From NCBI GenBank assembly GCA_002794465.1, contig MTSL01000065.1, forward strand, positions 148,915 through 180,914: a DNA stretch of 32,000 nucleotides, written 5' to 3'. Source of the stretch: Paramicrosporidium saccamoebae KSL3 (lineage: Eukaryota; Fungi; Cryptomycota). A program made the translations under genes and the position numbers. Below the pieces are notes generated by a model, which was not told the origin of the DNA, did not search any database, and was given only the letters and a program-made list of their open reading frames with translations. Below, one piece after another: positions 19,645-30,577 of the stretch. How positions within the stretch are numbered: the stretch's first letter is position 1; each line of letters begins with the position of its first letter.

Positions 19645-22080
19645 TTATTGGACGCAGAGCGCAGCAGGGTATTCTTCAGAAATAATCAGGGTCACAAGGG
19701 CGCTCCACCCAGTAAATGGATGAACGCCCTTGCCCTGGCCGTCCACATCGGCATACCGCTCCCAGATAAAGCCAGATTGCATATATTGCTATCGTGAGCC
19801 ACACATCACCATCATAATACCTTTGTCATATTTGAGATAATGTTGGAGCGCAGTCGAGTGTAGATAGATGTGGCACGTTCGTGGTGGGGACAATTCTTCC
19901 CCATGTAGTTGAGCTTGAGACTTGCCAGTAGCAAATAGTTAATGTTTATCCAGATCGGTCCTGTCCAGCGCTGATCGCCCTTCATATAGAAAGAGTCTGA
20001 GACGGACAGCGAGCGGATCCCGTAGCTACACTTTCCAGATAGTCAAAGTTAACTACCTGCTCCACAGCCGTGTCTCGTCCTCGATAATTTCAAAGAGGCT
20101 GTTAAGACGGACAGAGTCCGGTGGCACCAGTCCCAAGATGAGAGGAAATATGGCCACATATCCAATATGCTCCACAAACATAAAGTTGTCTACAATGCAT
20201 GACATATCCCTCTAGGCCTACCTTCTTGATCAATGGTGCGATCCTGATAACAGCCAGCTCTTTCATTCCAATGGACGTTTTCAATGGCCCTCATTGCATC
20301 CTCTTCAATCTGTGCCAATGGAGCACCTGCGAGCCGAGTCCATGAAACATCTCCTGCCGTCCCTGTAATCTCTCGGAGACGTCTCAGTGTACGAGCAGCA
20401 AATGCCATCCAAGCAGCCAAATCCACATGAAGTTCGTACTCATTCGGGGTCGTTCCACGCGGATAATCCTCCAACCCCGAGGTCAGCGTGTAATGTTTGC
20501 TCCTACCCCTCCAGCGGTACAGACCTGCGGAAGATTGTGCTTCCAAGGCAGGATGCAGATTTCCATGCTGGGTCCGTGTAAACCAGCGCAAATTTCGTTC
20601 AAAGTGTGGCAGTAAGAGGGTGATCGAGTCGCTTGTTTCTGGATCCTTGTTGAATGCCAAGACCAACTCATAAAGTGGCAGAAGAAGGCTCGGAGGATTG
20701 CCAAATTTCGGGTTCTGGGGCCAGTGATCAATGGGTACTTGGCCGCGCGCTTCTTCTCCAGCAATCTGCTCTCGCGCCATCCATCCATTTTGATCAATCC
20801 TTTCGGCCCAATTAGCAATAATGCGCAGAGAAATGTGTGGATTCCATTTTTGAATCACAAGGCTGTCGAATCCAGAATCCCACAGGAATCCACAAGGGGA
20901 AGTAGCCCTTGATGGAGTATCCGTCAATAGTTCAAAGGGCTCCGTCTCTTTCAGCCTTCGAATCCCATCGACCCATTCATACACAACTCCTCGGCCATAG
21001 GAATAACCAATTCCCCCTAAAAGATTGCTCAATGCGACCTTTGACATGTTCTTGGTATCCAAATCAATTTGCGGGACTGACAAGAATTCATCAAACCGGG
21101 ATTCAAAGTCATTTAACAATGGCGACCGATTCCCCAGAGTTCTGAAATTTTCTAACCGCCCATCATATTCTATTTCCACTTTAAAAGGGCTATCAAAGAC
21201 AAGTTGGGTTAAAAGCGCATTTGGGGCTGTCACCGTGCTCGGATTACATAACAAAAAGAGATTGGCAGGCGACAGATCCTTTTCGTGCTCAACCCGAGTG
21301 GCAGCGCATTGACCAAGCTCTGCACTTATAATTTCCTTCATTCTCCATTGGTTTGATGGTTCTACTATCATGGAGCTCTGTCGCATTGTCCTTGCATCAG
21401 GATAGCTAATCCTGAGAGTAAATTCGCCCGTATCGCTGGTCCAGCCGCGGAGAAGGGTCTCATGATTGTTATTACTCTTCGTGTTCATGGCATATTCTGC
21501 ACCATTGTAGGCAGCATAGTGCATCCACGACACTTGCATGGAATTGTTCCTCTGCAAAGGTTCGCCAGTCACACTTACCCTCCAGGAATGCGCTATTAAT
21601 GAGACAGACTATAGCGGATACCAGAAGTCTTGCGGTATATGATGGAAAGTGACAGATTGTTGTCAAAATCTTCCACAATCTCCCTCCCATACCGATCACC
21701 ATCATGCTCAACCCACCTCCATCTCGTTGCATCATGCACGCTACACTCGTGTCTAATCCCTACCTGTCACCCACCACCTCTCTTTTACGTTTGCAACTGG
21801 CAAAGTCTTGCGTCCCGAACCACATAATCCCCGTCAGCAACGAATTTGGGCGCGCCATCCTCATTCCAAAGTACAAATGGCTACGATAGGTGCCCCAGAG
21901 ATACTGTTCGTCCCCCCGTATCTTCTTCAAGAGTCCACTTAGACTTGACATTGATGTGGATCGGAGATGGAGCCAACTCACCACAAAGAACACTGCCACA
22001 ATCCCAACTACCATCAAGTACTTTTCAGGTGTGCGACAATGAGTAGCATTCCCCAAAGTCTTTTGTTCTTTCTTGGCCAT
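19645..22080 (-). CDS. CWH41: ER glucosidase I (GH63, Cwh41/MOGS) homologue with altered active-site motifs; 5 short introns
   Basis: Type II TM anchor, LWGTYRSHLYFGMR, GWMAREQI, NPPSL, HIGYVAIFP, YGIRSLS, GFIWERY, HPFTGWSALV. Confidence 0.92.
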
Positions 22081-22181
22081 CCCGCTGTAACACTGTACAC
22101 TTTGCCTTTATTCGATATTGACGCGTCGGGCCCACTCGCCTGTTTACCGGATTAAGAAGCTTGAGAGCGGTGATTGGTGGC

Positions 22182-24341
22182 ATGGTTGCTTCAGACCACT
22201 TTGCGACTAAGCGCTATGTGCGGAGTTTGGTGCAGGGCGGGGAGTTTGATGAATTGGATTTCCTGAGACAGACAAGTAGGATTGCTCCTAGTGAGCTCAC
22301 AAGAGTGCTGCTGGCAGTGGCAGAGGAGTTGCAGCAAGAATTGACACTCTTGGTAAATGAGGAATTTGAAAGCTTTGTCAAGCTATTTAACGACATTGGC
22401 GATGTGGGACAGGAAGAGTTTCAGGATTTTGAAGAAAAAGTAGCCAATCTCTATCAGACTTCACAGGTACAGCATTCTGTGGGTTGACTGGTCAGGCTGT
22501 TAGGAATAATGCGAGAGGAGAATTGTCCATGTTGCAAGAGTCTATTCATAAATTGCAAGGAAATTCAACGCAGCAGAAGCGATTAAGGCTGTCAATATGG
22601 CTTTCGAAAGATTTGGAACGTCTAGAGACCCTGCTCAACTCTGCATCCATATTTCCGTATTTCCGTGGACTCACTGACAATTGTAGAGACCCCTTAGATC
22701 TTGAAATTGCTGCCGAATTGTTCCTAAAGATTAGCTGGACAGTGAACGGTGTATCAGGAAAGGTGGTCCTTGACGAGACATTGATACAACGACAGGCCAT
22801 TGTCAGTGCAAAGTTTTACTGTGTTCTAGAGGATACGTTGCTGGCTTGTCTAAGGAAGAATGACAAAGAGGGCTGGCTTGGATTGGCGGGGATCTATCTG
22901 AAAATTAAGAAATCGCAGACAGTTGTCGATACATTTGTCAATGAATACTTGAGGCCGAAATTGAGAAAGGTCTTACTCTCGGTTAATTTTTAAGGTTGCA
23001 GATTGCTGGCAAAGGGCGTTATGAAGAATTGAGGAGGAAGGACCCAGCCAATGCCGTAGAGTGCCTGCTCAAAGATATTTTTGGATTGGCCAAGGAGTGC
23101 AAGGAGAGCTGGTTTTCCTCACTACCTCCCAGACAGCACCTGTTTGTGGACTCTGTGTTGCAGCCAATCTTTTCGCAGATTGTCGCTGATCTCAGCGCCA
23201 TCTTCTCGCCTGCACTCCCTGATATATTTTACATGGTAATAGAAGACTTTAGGCTGCATAATTTTAGAATTTTACACTGGGTAACAAGTTTGTTGAAGAT
23301 TTGGTGTCAACTCTTGCTCCATGTGAGCTTACTGCAATGAATCAGTGCGAGCCCTTCCAAATGTACACTAGGTCTTGGCAGTTGAATGTTTACTATCAGC
23401 TAAGGCAAGCAAAGCGATTTTAGTAACTCTGCAGGTTCCGCGATGTAGCTCAAGCAACTGAGGATTCGCTGGTCCCCTTCAACGCCTCTGTCGACATGAT
23501 GGACATGAAGGAAACGGTGCCATTTGTTCCTCACAAGTCATTGGGTCTATTGGAAAAACTTTCAACTGAACTTGCGAGTGGGCGACTAGTTCTCAAGCCT
23601 TTGAGACCAAAATTCTTCCGGCTCCGGCTACAGGTAAGATTCTGTCCGCAGCTGGACTGTGTAGACATTTGCACGAGTGTCCCTTTGGCTTGTAGAGCGA
23701 GGAGAACAAGGATCCATTTCCACTACTTGCATGGCAGTCTGGAATCACCAAGAACTATTAAGATTAGTAGATAGAGTCTTTTCAGATACCGACACAATCT
23801 ACAAAGACTTGCAACGGGAAAAGGCCGAGAAGGTTGCGAAACGCTTCGCATGTGAGCTTGAAACTCGCAATGTCCACATGAGACAAGCGCTGGAGCAGAA
23901 GTTGACGGCTTTGCTTTCTGAGCGGGTCAGCTCATTGCAACTTGGAATAAATTCTACGCCGAATATTGCCGGATTGCTTGGGAAAATTGAGAGCCTCTCT
24001 GCAATGCTTCAATTCTCAGATGGTTACATAAAGAACACTTGGAGTACACTCGTCTCAATGTATATTGTGCATTCTATCGTTGAGCCTGTAGGTTTGTTGA
24101 CAAATCCGCCGACTTGGTTACTCAGTCCAAGAAGGCCGTTGCAAATTATCGCCGTCTAAAGTTGATAATGAAGGATGAGAGTGACGACAATCCTGAGGAC
24201 AAGGAGACTCAACAACAATGTCTCTTCCAGATCATTGCCTCCGAGGCCAAGTCAATTTCTGAATTTGCCGAAAACAGGAATGAACTGAGGGATTCTGCCG
24301 AGCTACAACGAGTCAAGGAGATGCATAACCTTTTACTGTAA
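22182..24341 (+). CDS. COG2: COG complex subunit 2, divergent; 6 short introns including one GC-AG
   Basis: N-terminal ELQQELTLLVNEEFESFVKL, DLSAIFSPALPDIFY, WQLNVYYQLRFRDVA, C-terminal NYRRLK. Confidence 0.78.
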
Positions 24342-24535
24342 AGTTTATAGTAAAGAAGACGCTTTATTGGGGTGTCCAGTCCGTGGACGTACTCTTACAT
24401 TTATAAATCTACAGCGTCTCATCGGATCGGAATACCTTTGCAAAAGAGCCCTCTGCACACATGGCATCTGTGGAATCGCATTCACAGTAGATCTCCTTTG
24501 ATCAAACTGTCGATATGGCGCCAAGTCCTCTCTGT

Positions 24536-25524
24536 TTATGGAATCTCATCCAGGGTGAATTTGCCAATCTCCCCTGATCGAAACGTCTTCATTAGCCAAC
24601 TAACGGTATTTCGGACATTAGGGGTGCTATTGTTGTTGACATTACCCAGTACGCGAGACAAGTGCTCTAAGAAGAGCACCGTGTCTGTGGGTGGGGCTGT
24701 CAATTGAAACTTGTCGAGATATGTTTTGTAGTCTTGCGATTTGAGATAGCTCAGGACATAGTCGGCGAGAAGATGATCACCGATGACCGAGTCCATTATG
24801 GCACCTACATAATGAAAATGCACACTCAATTGAGTTACCAGTGACAGCCAACTTCATTCCTTGCTCTGCACTGGTAATTTTTGGCATCAGAATGCCTGGC
24901 GAGTCATACAAAAATGTCAGCGGTTCATCCAGGATACGCACCACTCCAGATACAGCTCTTGTGATGCCAGGCCGATCCCCAACACACACAGCCTTGGTGC
25001 TCTTATTGATTCCGAGACTGCGAAGTCGGTTGATGACGGTGGACTTGCCAACATTCGGCATGCCCACCACCATGAGACGAGTGCGCTCCCGGTTAGGGAG
25101 TTTTCGGACCATGTAGGCGACCTTATGGAGGAGTTCTCTATAAGACTTTTGTCCTTGCAAAGTAAGATTTTAAATGGACTTTACCTTGTGAAGTAAGCAT
25201 CATACATCGGTCCGGCCACATCCGCTCTCCATATTCCTCCAGCCTCTAAACATTAAAATGTCGCTGCCGGTACGCGGTTGGCTCGCGGATCGGAAATATC
25301 ACATTTGTTGTATATGACTATGCGCTCGTGGCCTTGGAGGAGGCTATCGAGAGCTGGGCTACAGGAACTCAGCGGGACGTAACTAGAACATTAACACGGA
25401 GAATGGCGTGTATCCTTGCGTCGCGAACATCAAGGACGACGTCGCAGCGTTTCAGCAGCCGTTGCATATGCGTGAGGCCAGCTTTCATATGACTTGGGAA
25501 CCAGTGTAAACTGATTTTACTCAT
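24536..25524 (-). CDS. MTG1: Mitochondrial ribosome assembly GTPase Mtg1 (RbgA family); 4 introns, first AT-AC (25379-25413)
   Basis: HWFPSHMK, DVVLDVRDAR|VPLSS, YNKCD, VGMPNVGKST, PGITR, DSPGI, FRSGEIGKFTLD. Confidence 0.93.
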
Positions 25525-25763
25525 GTCATACAAAAATGTCATTTTTGGATACCGTGGCGTCCCTAGAATGTATCAATAGAAACTACAAGCTCGCGCCCTT
25601 GAAATCTGTTCGTGTCATTTTAGCATCTGTAAATTGCCAAATTCGTGACATATCCTTAATGATGCATCTGAAATTTGTGTATTGGCGGTTGTCGTGCATC
25701 CCTAGGACCAGCCGAGAACGGTTTGAGCAGAGTATATATTTATTTGCGCAAACAACAGAACAT

Positions 25764-26142
25764 TTAGAGCTCAACAAGTTCACGCAGACGACGGACGCTG
25801 CTACGGACAGTGGCCGCGGCAGTAGTTCTACAGGTCAATAATCCATGGTTTGTCTTACCCCATCTGCCAGGCACCTCCGGCCACAACCTTTCCACAGCCA
25901 CGGCACTCCCAAATACCAACCGACTTGCGCTTCACGCTGTCCTACACTATAAGCGACATTCACCGGTGCATACGCGTCCACAGAAGGAGCAGGTGTACTT
26001 GCTGTGCTGGGTGATTTCGATCTTCTTGATCTGCTTACGCAGAGAGGCACCATAGCGGGTGCCGTACTTGCCGACTACACCAACTTTCTTTGTGTGCTTG
26101 GCCTAGGATGGATGGATGAGAGGGGGAGGGGAGTTGTACCAT
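25764..26142 (-). CDS. RPL43: 60S ribosomal protein eL43 (L37a); introns 26103-26139, 25942-25973, 25828-25858; not recovered by the ORF track
   Basis: M|[43 protein letters not shown]|[28 protein letters not shown]|[20 protein letters not shown]. Confidence 0.96.
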
Positions 26143-26170
26143 TTGGGACTAGGACGAGGGGCACGCCGGG

Positions 26171-26178
26171 TACCCTGG
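26171..26178 (-). promoter_or_regulatory. Candidate ribosomal-protein promoter motif CCAGGGTA
   Basis: TACCCTGG on the plus strand, 29-36 nt upstream of the RPL43 ATG; matches the RPS23 site. Confidence 0.35.
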
Positions 26179-26388
26179 ACCAATAGTCGTTGTGCGTCGC
26201 CGCCCGTATACATTGAATATATTCCTCGCAATAAATGCCTGTATAATTCTGTTACAAGCGCGTGTGTTAAGAGTCTTTAATAACTAGCCATCTTTGAAAA
26301 TTTGGCGAGTCGAAATATTCTTTGTTAGTGAGATTTCCATTTATAGAAGGATCTCTCAAGTAAACACTACAATTGCCGACTCTTTGCT

Positions 26389-29163
26389 ATGGGAACGCTT
26401 GGATTGACTTTTAGTCATGGAGGTTCCTTCTATCCCCCACTATCGCCGAACAAGTAATCCCATTCATTAATCTTACATTCTAGAAACCTGCCGCTTCAAA
26501 TCCACTCTTGTCAGCCATTTCCTTGCGACACTTGGCTAACCGGCATCGCATCCGTCTCTGTACACAACCAGTAGTTACTCACCAGTAGGACGACCAGTAT
26601 TTTCTTGTGAGCAGCGCGGCAAGACAGCGGTCTGGACTGTTTGCCTTTTCAAACACTACCCAAAAGGGGGATTCCCTGCGGGTAAGCCATGTTATACTCG
26701 ACTGACCTGACAGGGAGCTAACAGACGCATGTGGAATGTCAGTGTGGCCAAATCTGGCCGTGTTCTCATGGCTCTTGATGGCCAGGCGGTGGCGCTAGGT
26801 TCGCTTAGTACAGCATCAGGCAATCTTGAATTATCTGACACTACGGACGTGGTGCTTTCGGTAAAACCCGTGCGGATTTTTCTCATCATGGTAGAGTGTG
26901 GATGATGGTAGAATAGAGCAGTCGTTTTTTGTGGCTGAAAATGAAGACTACTTTGCTACACGGACGAGTAGGTGCGTCAAGCTCTGGGGACTGAGGTCAG
27001 ATCAAGCCGTCTTGACCCGTGAGATTGCTCTTACTCTCCAAGATGACCAGACCACGGGACACTGCGAGTCAAATATGCACGACCCGAATGTTTTCTTGAC
27101 CAGCATTATACAAGATGGATTTTCTCTGTGGGACGTCCGTGCAGCATCTCAGTTGTGCTACTCGCAAAACATGTCAGTGACCCCGCAAACAAAGTTCAAA
27201 TGGAACCCATTCATTCCGTATTGGATTGCTGCTAGTACGGAAAAAAACGTTCAAATATACGATCTTCGATACACAGGCAACAAGCCAATGTGCATACTGC
27301 CGACTCCTCACGCCAATGACGTATTCGCCTCAGCCTCTGCTAATATGTCAGTTCGCCTGGTCCAACTCAAACTGTGAATTACTGATGGCAGTCACTAGCA
27401 GTCGAGTTGATTCTCTCTGGAATCTAAGGAACCTCAAGCATGAGGCGGCGGCAATCCATCACTCTGACTGTGGCGGTGACATTTCGCACGGTAGCATATC
27501 CCTTCCTTAACTAAGACTGCAGTATTCGCCTCAAAGACGGATCTCAATGTGTTCTATGGGCTCACTCAGCTAGGAAAGCTGGTTCGCATTAATGTTCAAG
27601 ATTATTTATTGGAAGAGTGTGCTCCGAGAGAGTAATAATGTTGGCGATATTGACCTGTGTAGTAACGAGAATATGATCGCGCGAGGCATTGAAACCGCAT
27701 TGTACTGTCGCAATTTCGATGCCGTCTACCACTCTCTTTTGGAATATTCTGATTCTGCAGTGCACTCTTCGTAAACGGCGCGTGATTTTCTTGACATTTA
27801 GATTCAAAGAGCTCCAATTGTTGACCAGTCAAACCTTACCTACTGCACCAATTCCAAAAGAGTCTTGGAAGTATAATGAACTGAGTGCCGACAGTTGTAA
27901 TTTTCAAAAAGATTTGCAAACCTTTTCAAGAAGGTGCCCGCCCGGATTCGATGTGTCTCTGTTCGAGGCCAAGTCGGGGATGGTCAAAGAATCTGTAGAT
28001 TATATTCGTTCCAAAGTGAAAATATTGGAACTCATTCAAAAGGGCGACTATTCCAAATTGTCCACTCAATTAGAAAGCATTTTAGGGACACTTGCAGAGC
28101 ATGCTGATTTCCTGAACACCGAGTCTATTCAGATGCTTGTGAATGTCCTCTTGGAAGAGGATCGACTAGAAGCGTTACAATTTGCTCGACACATTCTCAG
28201 CATGGCAGGACCACGGCTAGACGGCGACTCGTGTGCGTTGCTACACACACTCTTGTTTCCGACAATCTTTGATTCCGAAGCTGCAAAACTTGTAAAACAG
28301 TCTGATCGGTCTTCACCCAACAAGCAGCCCGATCGCGGTACTCCTGGCAAGCTAACATCTTCGCATACTGAACCGTCTGATCGTGCCTCTCCCGGTAAGC
28401 CAATACCTCGGCACTCTGAGCAGCCCTCCACACCGCCTGCACCGACAGCTCAGCCAAACATGGCAAGAACACCTATTAAACCAGCAGTTGGCACTGTTCG
28501 TGCGTCAGAAAAGTGTTTGATGGACCTGAACAGAACAGTTCGATTGACCAAGCATGCAATTAGCATGATTGACTTGGAAATGTAAATCCCTCAAAATGAC
28601 TAATATTTAGTCAACTTGAGGAAGCCGATTCGACTGAATATGCAACAATTCTTGTAAACGAATTGGCTATTGAGAAAAGGACTGTTTCTGCAACGCTGAT
28701 TTGGAAATATTGTGAGCTCTTATTGGAGAGATCACAAATGGACATTTATTTTGCACATCTAGGCCAATTTACAACAGTAGTACGCGTTTGGTTGGCTAAT
28801 CCATAGGAGCCGTTGAATGAATTTGGCGCTGCCCTAATGGACCATCTGGATAAGCAAGTTGTGCCAAAACTAAAATACATCCTCGCCCAAGCCATCGACA
28901 CCCAGAGGCCGTCTTTGGTCCTACGTGCCATTCTTCTCATAGCCATCCTTGTCAAGGGCATCCATCCCTTGCCCAGTGATCTCGAGCCATTCCTCGCAGA
29001 TCGTCTCAAGCGCCTTGGCAGATCCATGGCAAGCGAGGATTACACCCACATGTCAGGATATTCCCAGCTCGTCGACACGGTACGTTCCATCTCCATCCCG
29101 GTGAGTGACAATGTTCTTTGGCGTGAACTCTCGAGATTACAGGCCCGTCTGACCACCAACTGA
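26389..29163 (+). CDS. Multi-exon WD40-repeat protein with long helical C-terminal region, family not assigned; start uncertain
   Basis: WD-like ends VKLWG, FSLWDVR, KWNPFIPYWIA...QIYDLRY, SLWNLR. Exons join in frame through about 10 GT-AG introns of about 30 nt. Confidence 0.7.
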
Positions 29164-29278
29164 AAGATGCCAAGTTCCGAGAAGCTTGTAATAATAAAAA
29201 TAGTCCAATTTCTGGTCCATATTATGTATACTCAGTCAAGCTCACATTATGGTCCATCTATATACTGGCTCACAAAAT

Positions 29279-30151
29279 CTACTTTACATTCAAATGCTTG
29301 ACAATCAGTTCATATGTTACAAAGGTTACACCACTGGCCGGGATCACCCTGACAATGTTGGCGTACAATCCTCGGTAGAAACCACGAATCCCTTCTCTCT
29401 TAAAAGTCTTGCGGATCACGTTGAATACGCCCATGAAGCGAGAATGCTGGCTTCGCTGAATTTGTAATCGCGTGCGTATGACTTCGTGCGGATAAGTCAC
29501 CGTACTGGCAAGCACTTTGGCCACCGTGCTGGCCAGTAAAATGTTCAATGGAGAGAGGTCGGCAGGATCACTAACTTGAATTCTTTTCAGCCACTCATAC
29601 AGTGGGAACTGTATGGCAACGTGAGAGACTCCCACTACGGACACGGTTGCGCCCTTGTAAAATCCACGCAATCCCTCCTCTTTCCAGATAGAGGAAAAGG
29701 CATCTAATGCTCCGCTGTATATCCTGTCACCTAGTACATGCTGCGTCATTAGTCGGGTCCTCACTACCCATAAGGGATTCGTGCTGAGATTTCCGGCAGC
29801 ACCAGCTGTCATTGCTGAAATCATGTGCACCACTGCGTCTTCACCAGCCGGCGTCCCTCGCCAGGCAGAGAGACGTACCTTGCAGAAATGGTAGGTCGGA
29901 AAGTAGATGGAAAAGGCGGGCAGATATCCAACCAATGTGGGTCCTAACCCACGGTACATTCCACGTAGTCCCTCCTGTTTCCAAATTGTACCCAGTTGTT
30001 TGACAAAGCCAGCAGACTGGGCTTGTTGGGCGGACTGGACAGATTTCGCCTGGAGCCGTGTCTTGACTACATCCAGCGGACACGTCACAAAAGCAATCAT
30101 CCAACCTGCTGCTGCGCCAGCAACAACGTGCTTCCAAATTTTATCATCCAT
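29279..30151 (-). CDS. Mitochondrial carrier, NAD+ transporter (Ndt1/Yia6) type
   Basis: Three carrier signatures PLDVVKTRLQ, PLWVVRTRLMTQ, YPHEVIRTRLQ, plus HVAIQFPLYE. Confidence 0.85.
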   Translation of the reverse strand: MDDKIWKHVVAGAAAGWMIAFVTCPLDVVKTRLQAKSVQSAQQAQSAGFVKQLGTIWKQEGLRGMYRGLGPTLVGYLPAFSIYFPTYHFCKVRLSAWRGTPAGEDAVVHMISAMTAGAAGNLSTNPLWVVRTRLMTQHVLGDRIYSGALDAFSSIWKEEGLRGFYKGATVSVVGVSHVAIQFPLYEWLKRIQVSDPADLSPLNILLASTVAKVLASTVTYPHEVIRTRLQIQRSQHSRFMGVFNVIRKTFKREGIRGFYRGLYANIVRVIPASGVTFVTYELIVKHLNVK

Positions 30152-30174
30152 CCGGCGGGTCCTCTTCCCCGGCA

Positions 30175-30531
30175 ATGTCCAGCTCGCGGTCCCCCAGTCG
30201 TGCACAGCAGTTTTTCCTCTTCTTTGCGTTAGTGCTGGCGTTTTGGAGATTTACGTTGTACAAGCTGAGCTGGTTTCCTGAACAGTTGCGGTTCTTTGTG
30301 CAGATTGTACACATCAGGCTGTTGCTCATCAATAGTTCCCTCTCTGGCTCGCAGTAACAATTGGAGCGCTTTCGCTGGGAAATATTGGCTATCATTTAGT
30401 CACATTCCGTGATTGTCCCGAAGCATTTGCAGAATTACAGCAGGTATTTCACTATACATAGCATTGCTAATGTTTAGCAAATTAAGGCCGCCAAAACAGA
30501 CTTGTCGTCCAAGGGACTAAAGTTGTACTAA
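30175..30531 (+). CDS. DPM3: Dolichol-phosphate mannosyltransferase subunit 3; introns 30307-30335 and 30444-30477; only exon 1 appears in the ORF track
   Basis: Spliced MSSSRSPSRAQQF...|FPLWLAVTIGALSLGNIGYHLVTFRDCPEAFAELQQ|QIKAAKTDLSSKGLKLY. Confidence 0.9.
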
Positions 30532-30577
30532 GAGCAATAGTTGATAGCAATGTAAATTTATTCTATTCTCTCAAAGT

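Noticed and set aside
24346-24535. Possible extra MTG1 exon through a second AT-AC segment after EIP
   Set aside because: Mtg1 homologues end shortly after GKFTLD, the TAA is in the expected place, and the downstream frame has no recognisable motif.
30144-30395. Cys-rich 83-aa minus ORF and GTG-start extension of the carrier
   Set aside because: The region is explained by DPM3 on the plus strand, and the carrier aligns from the ATG at 30151.
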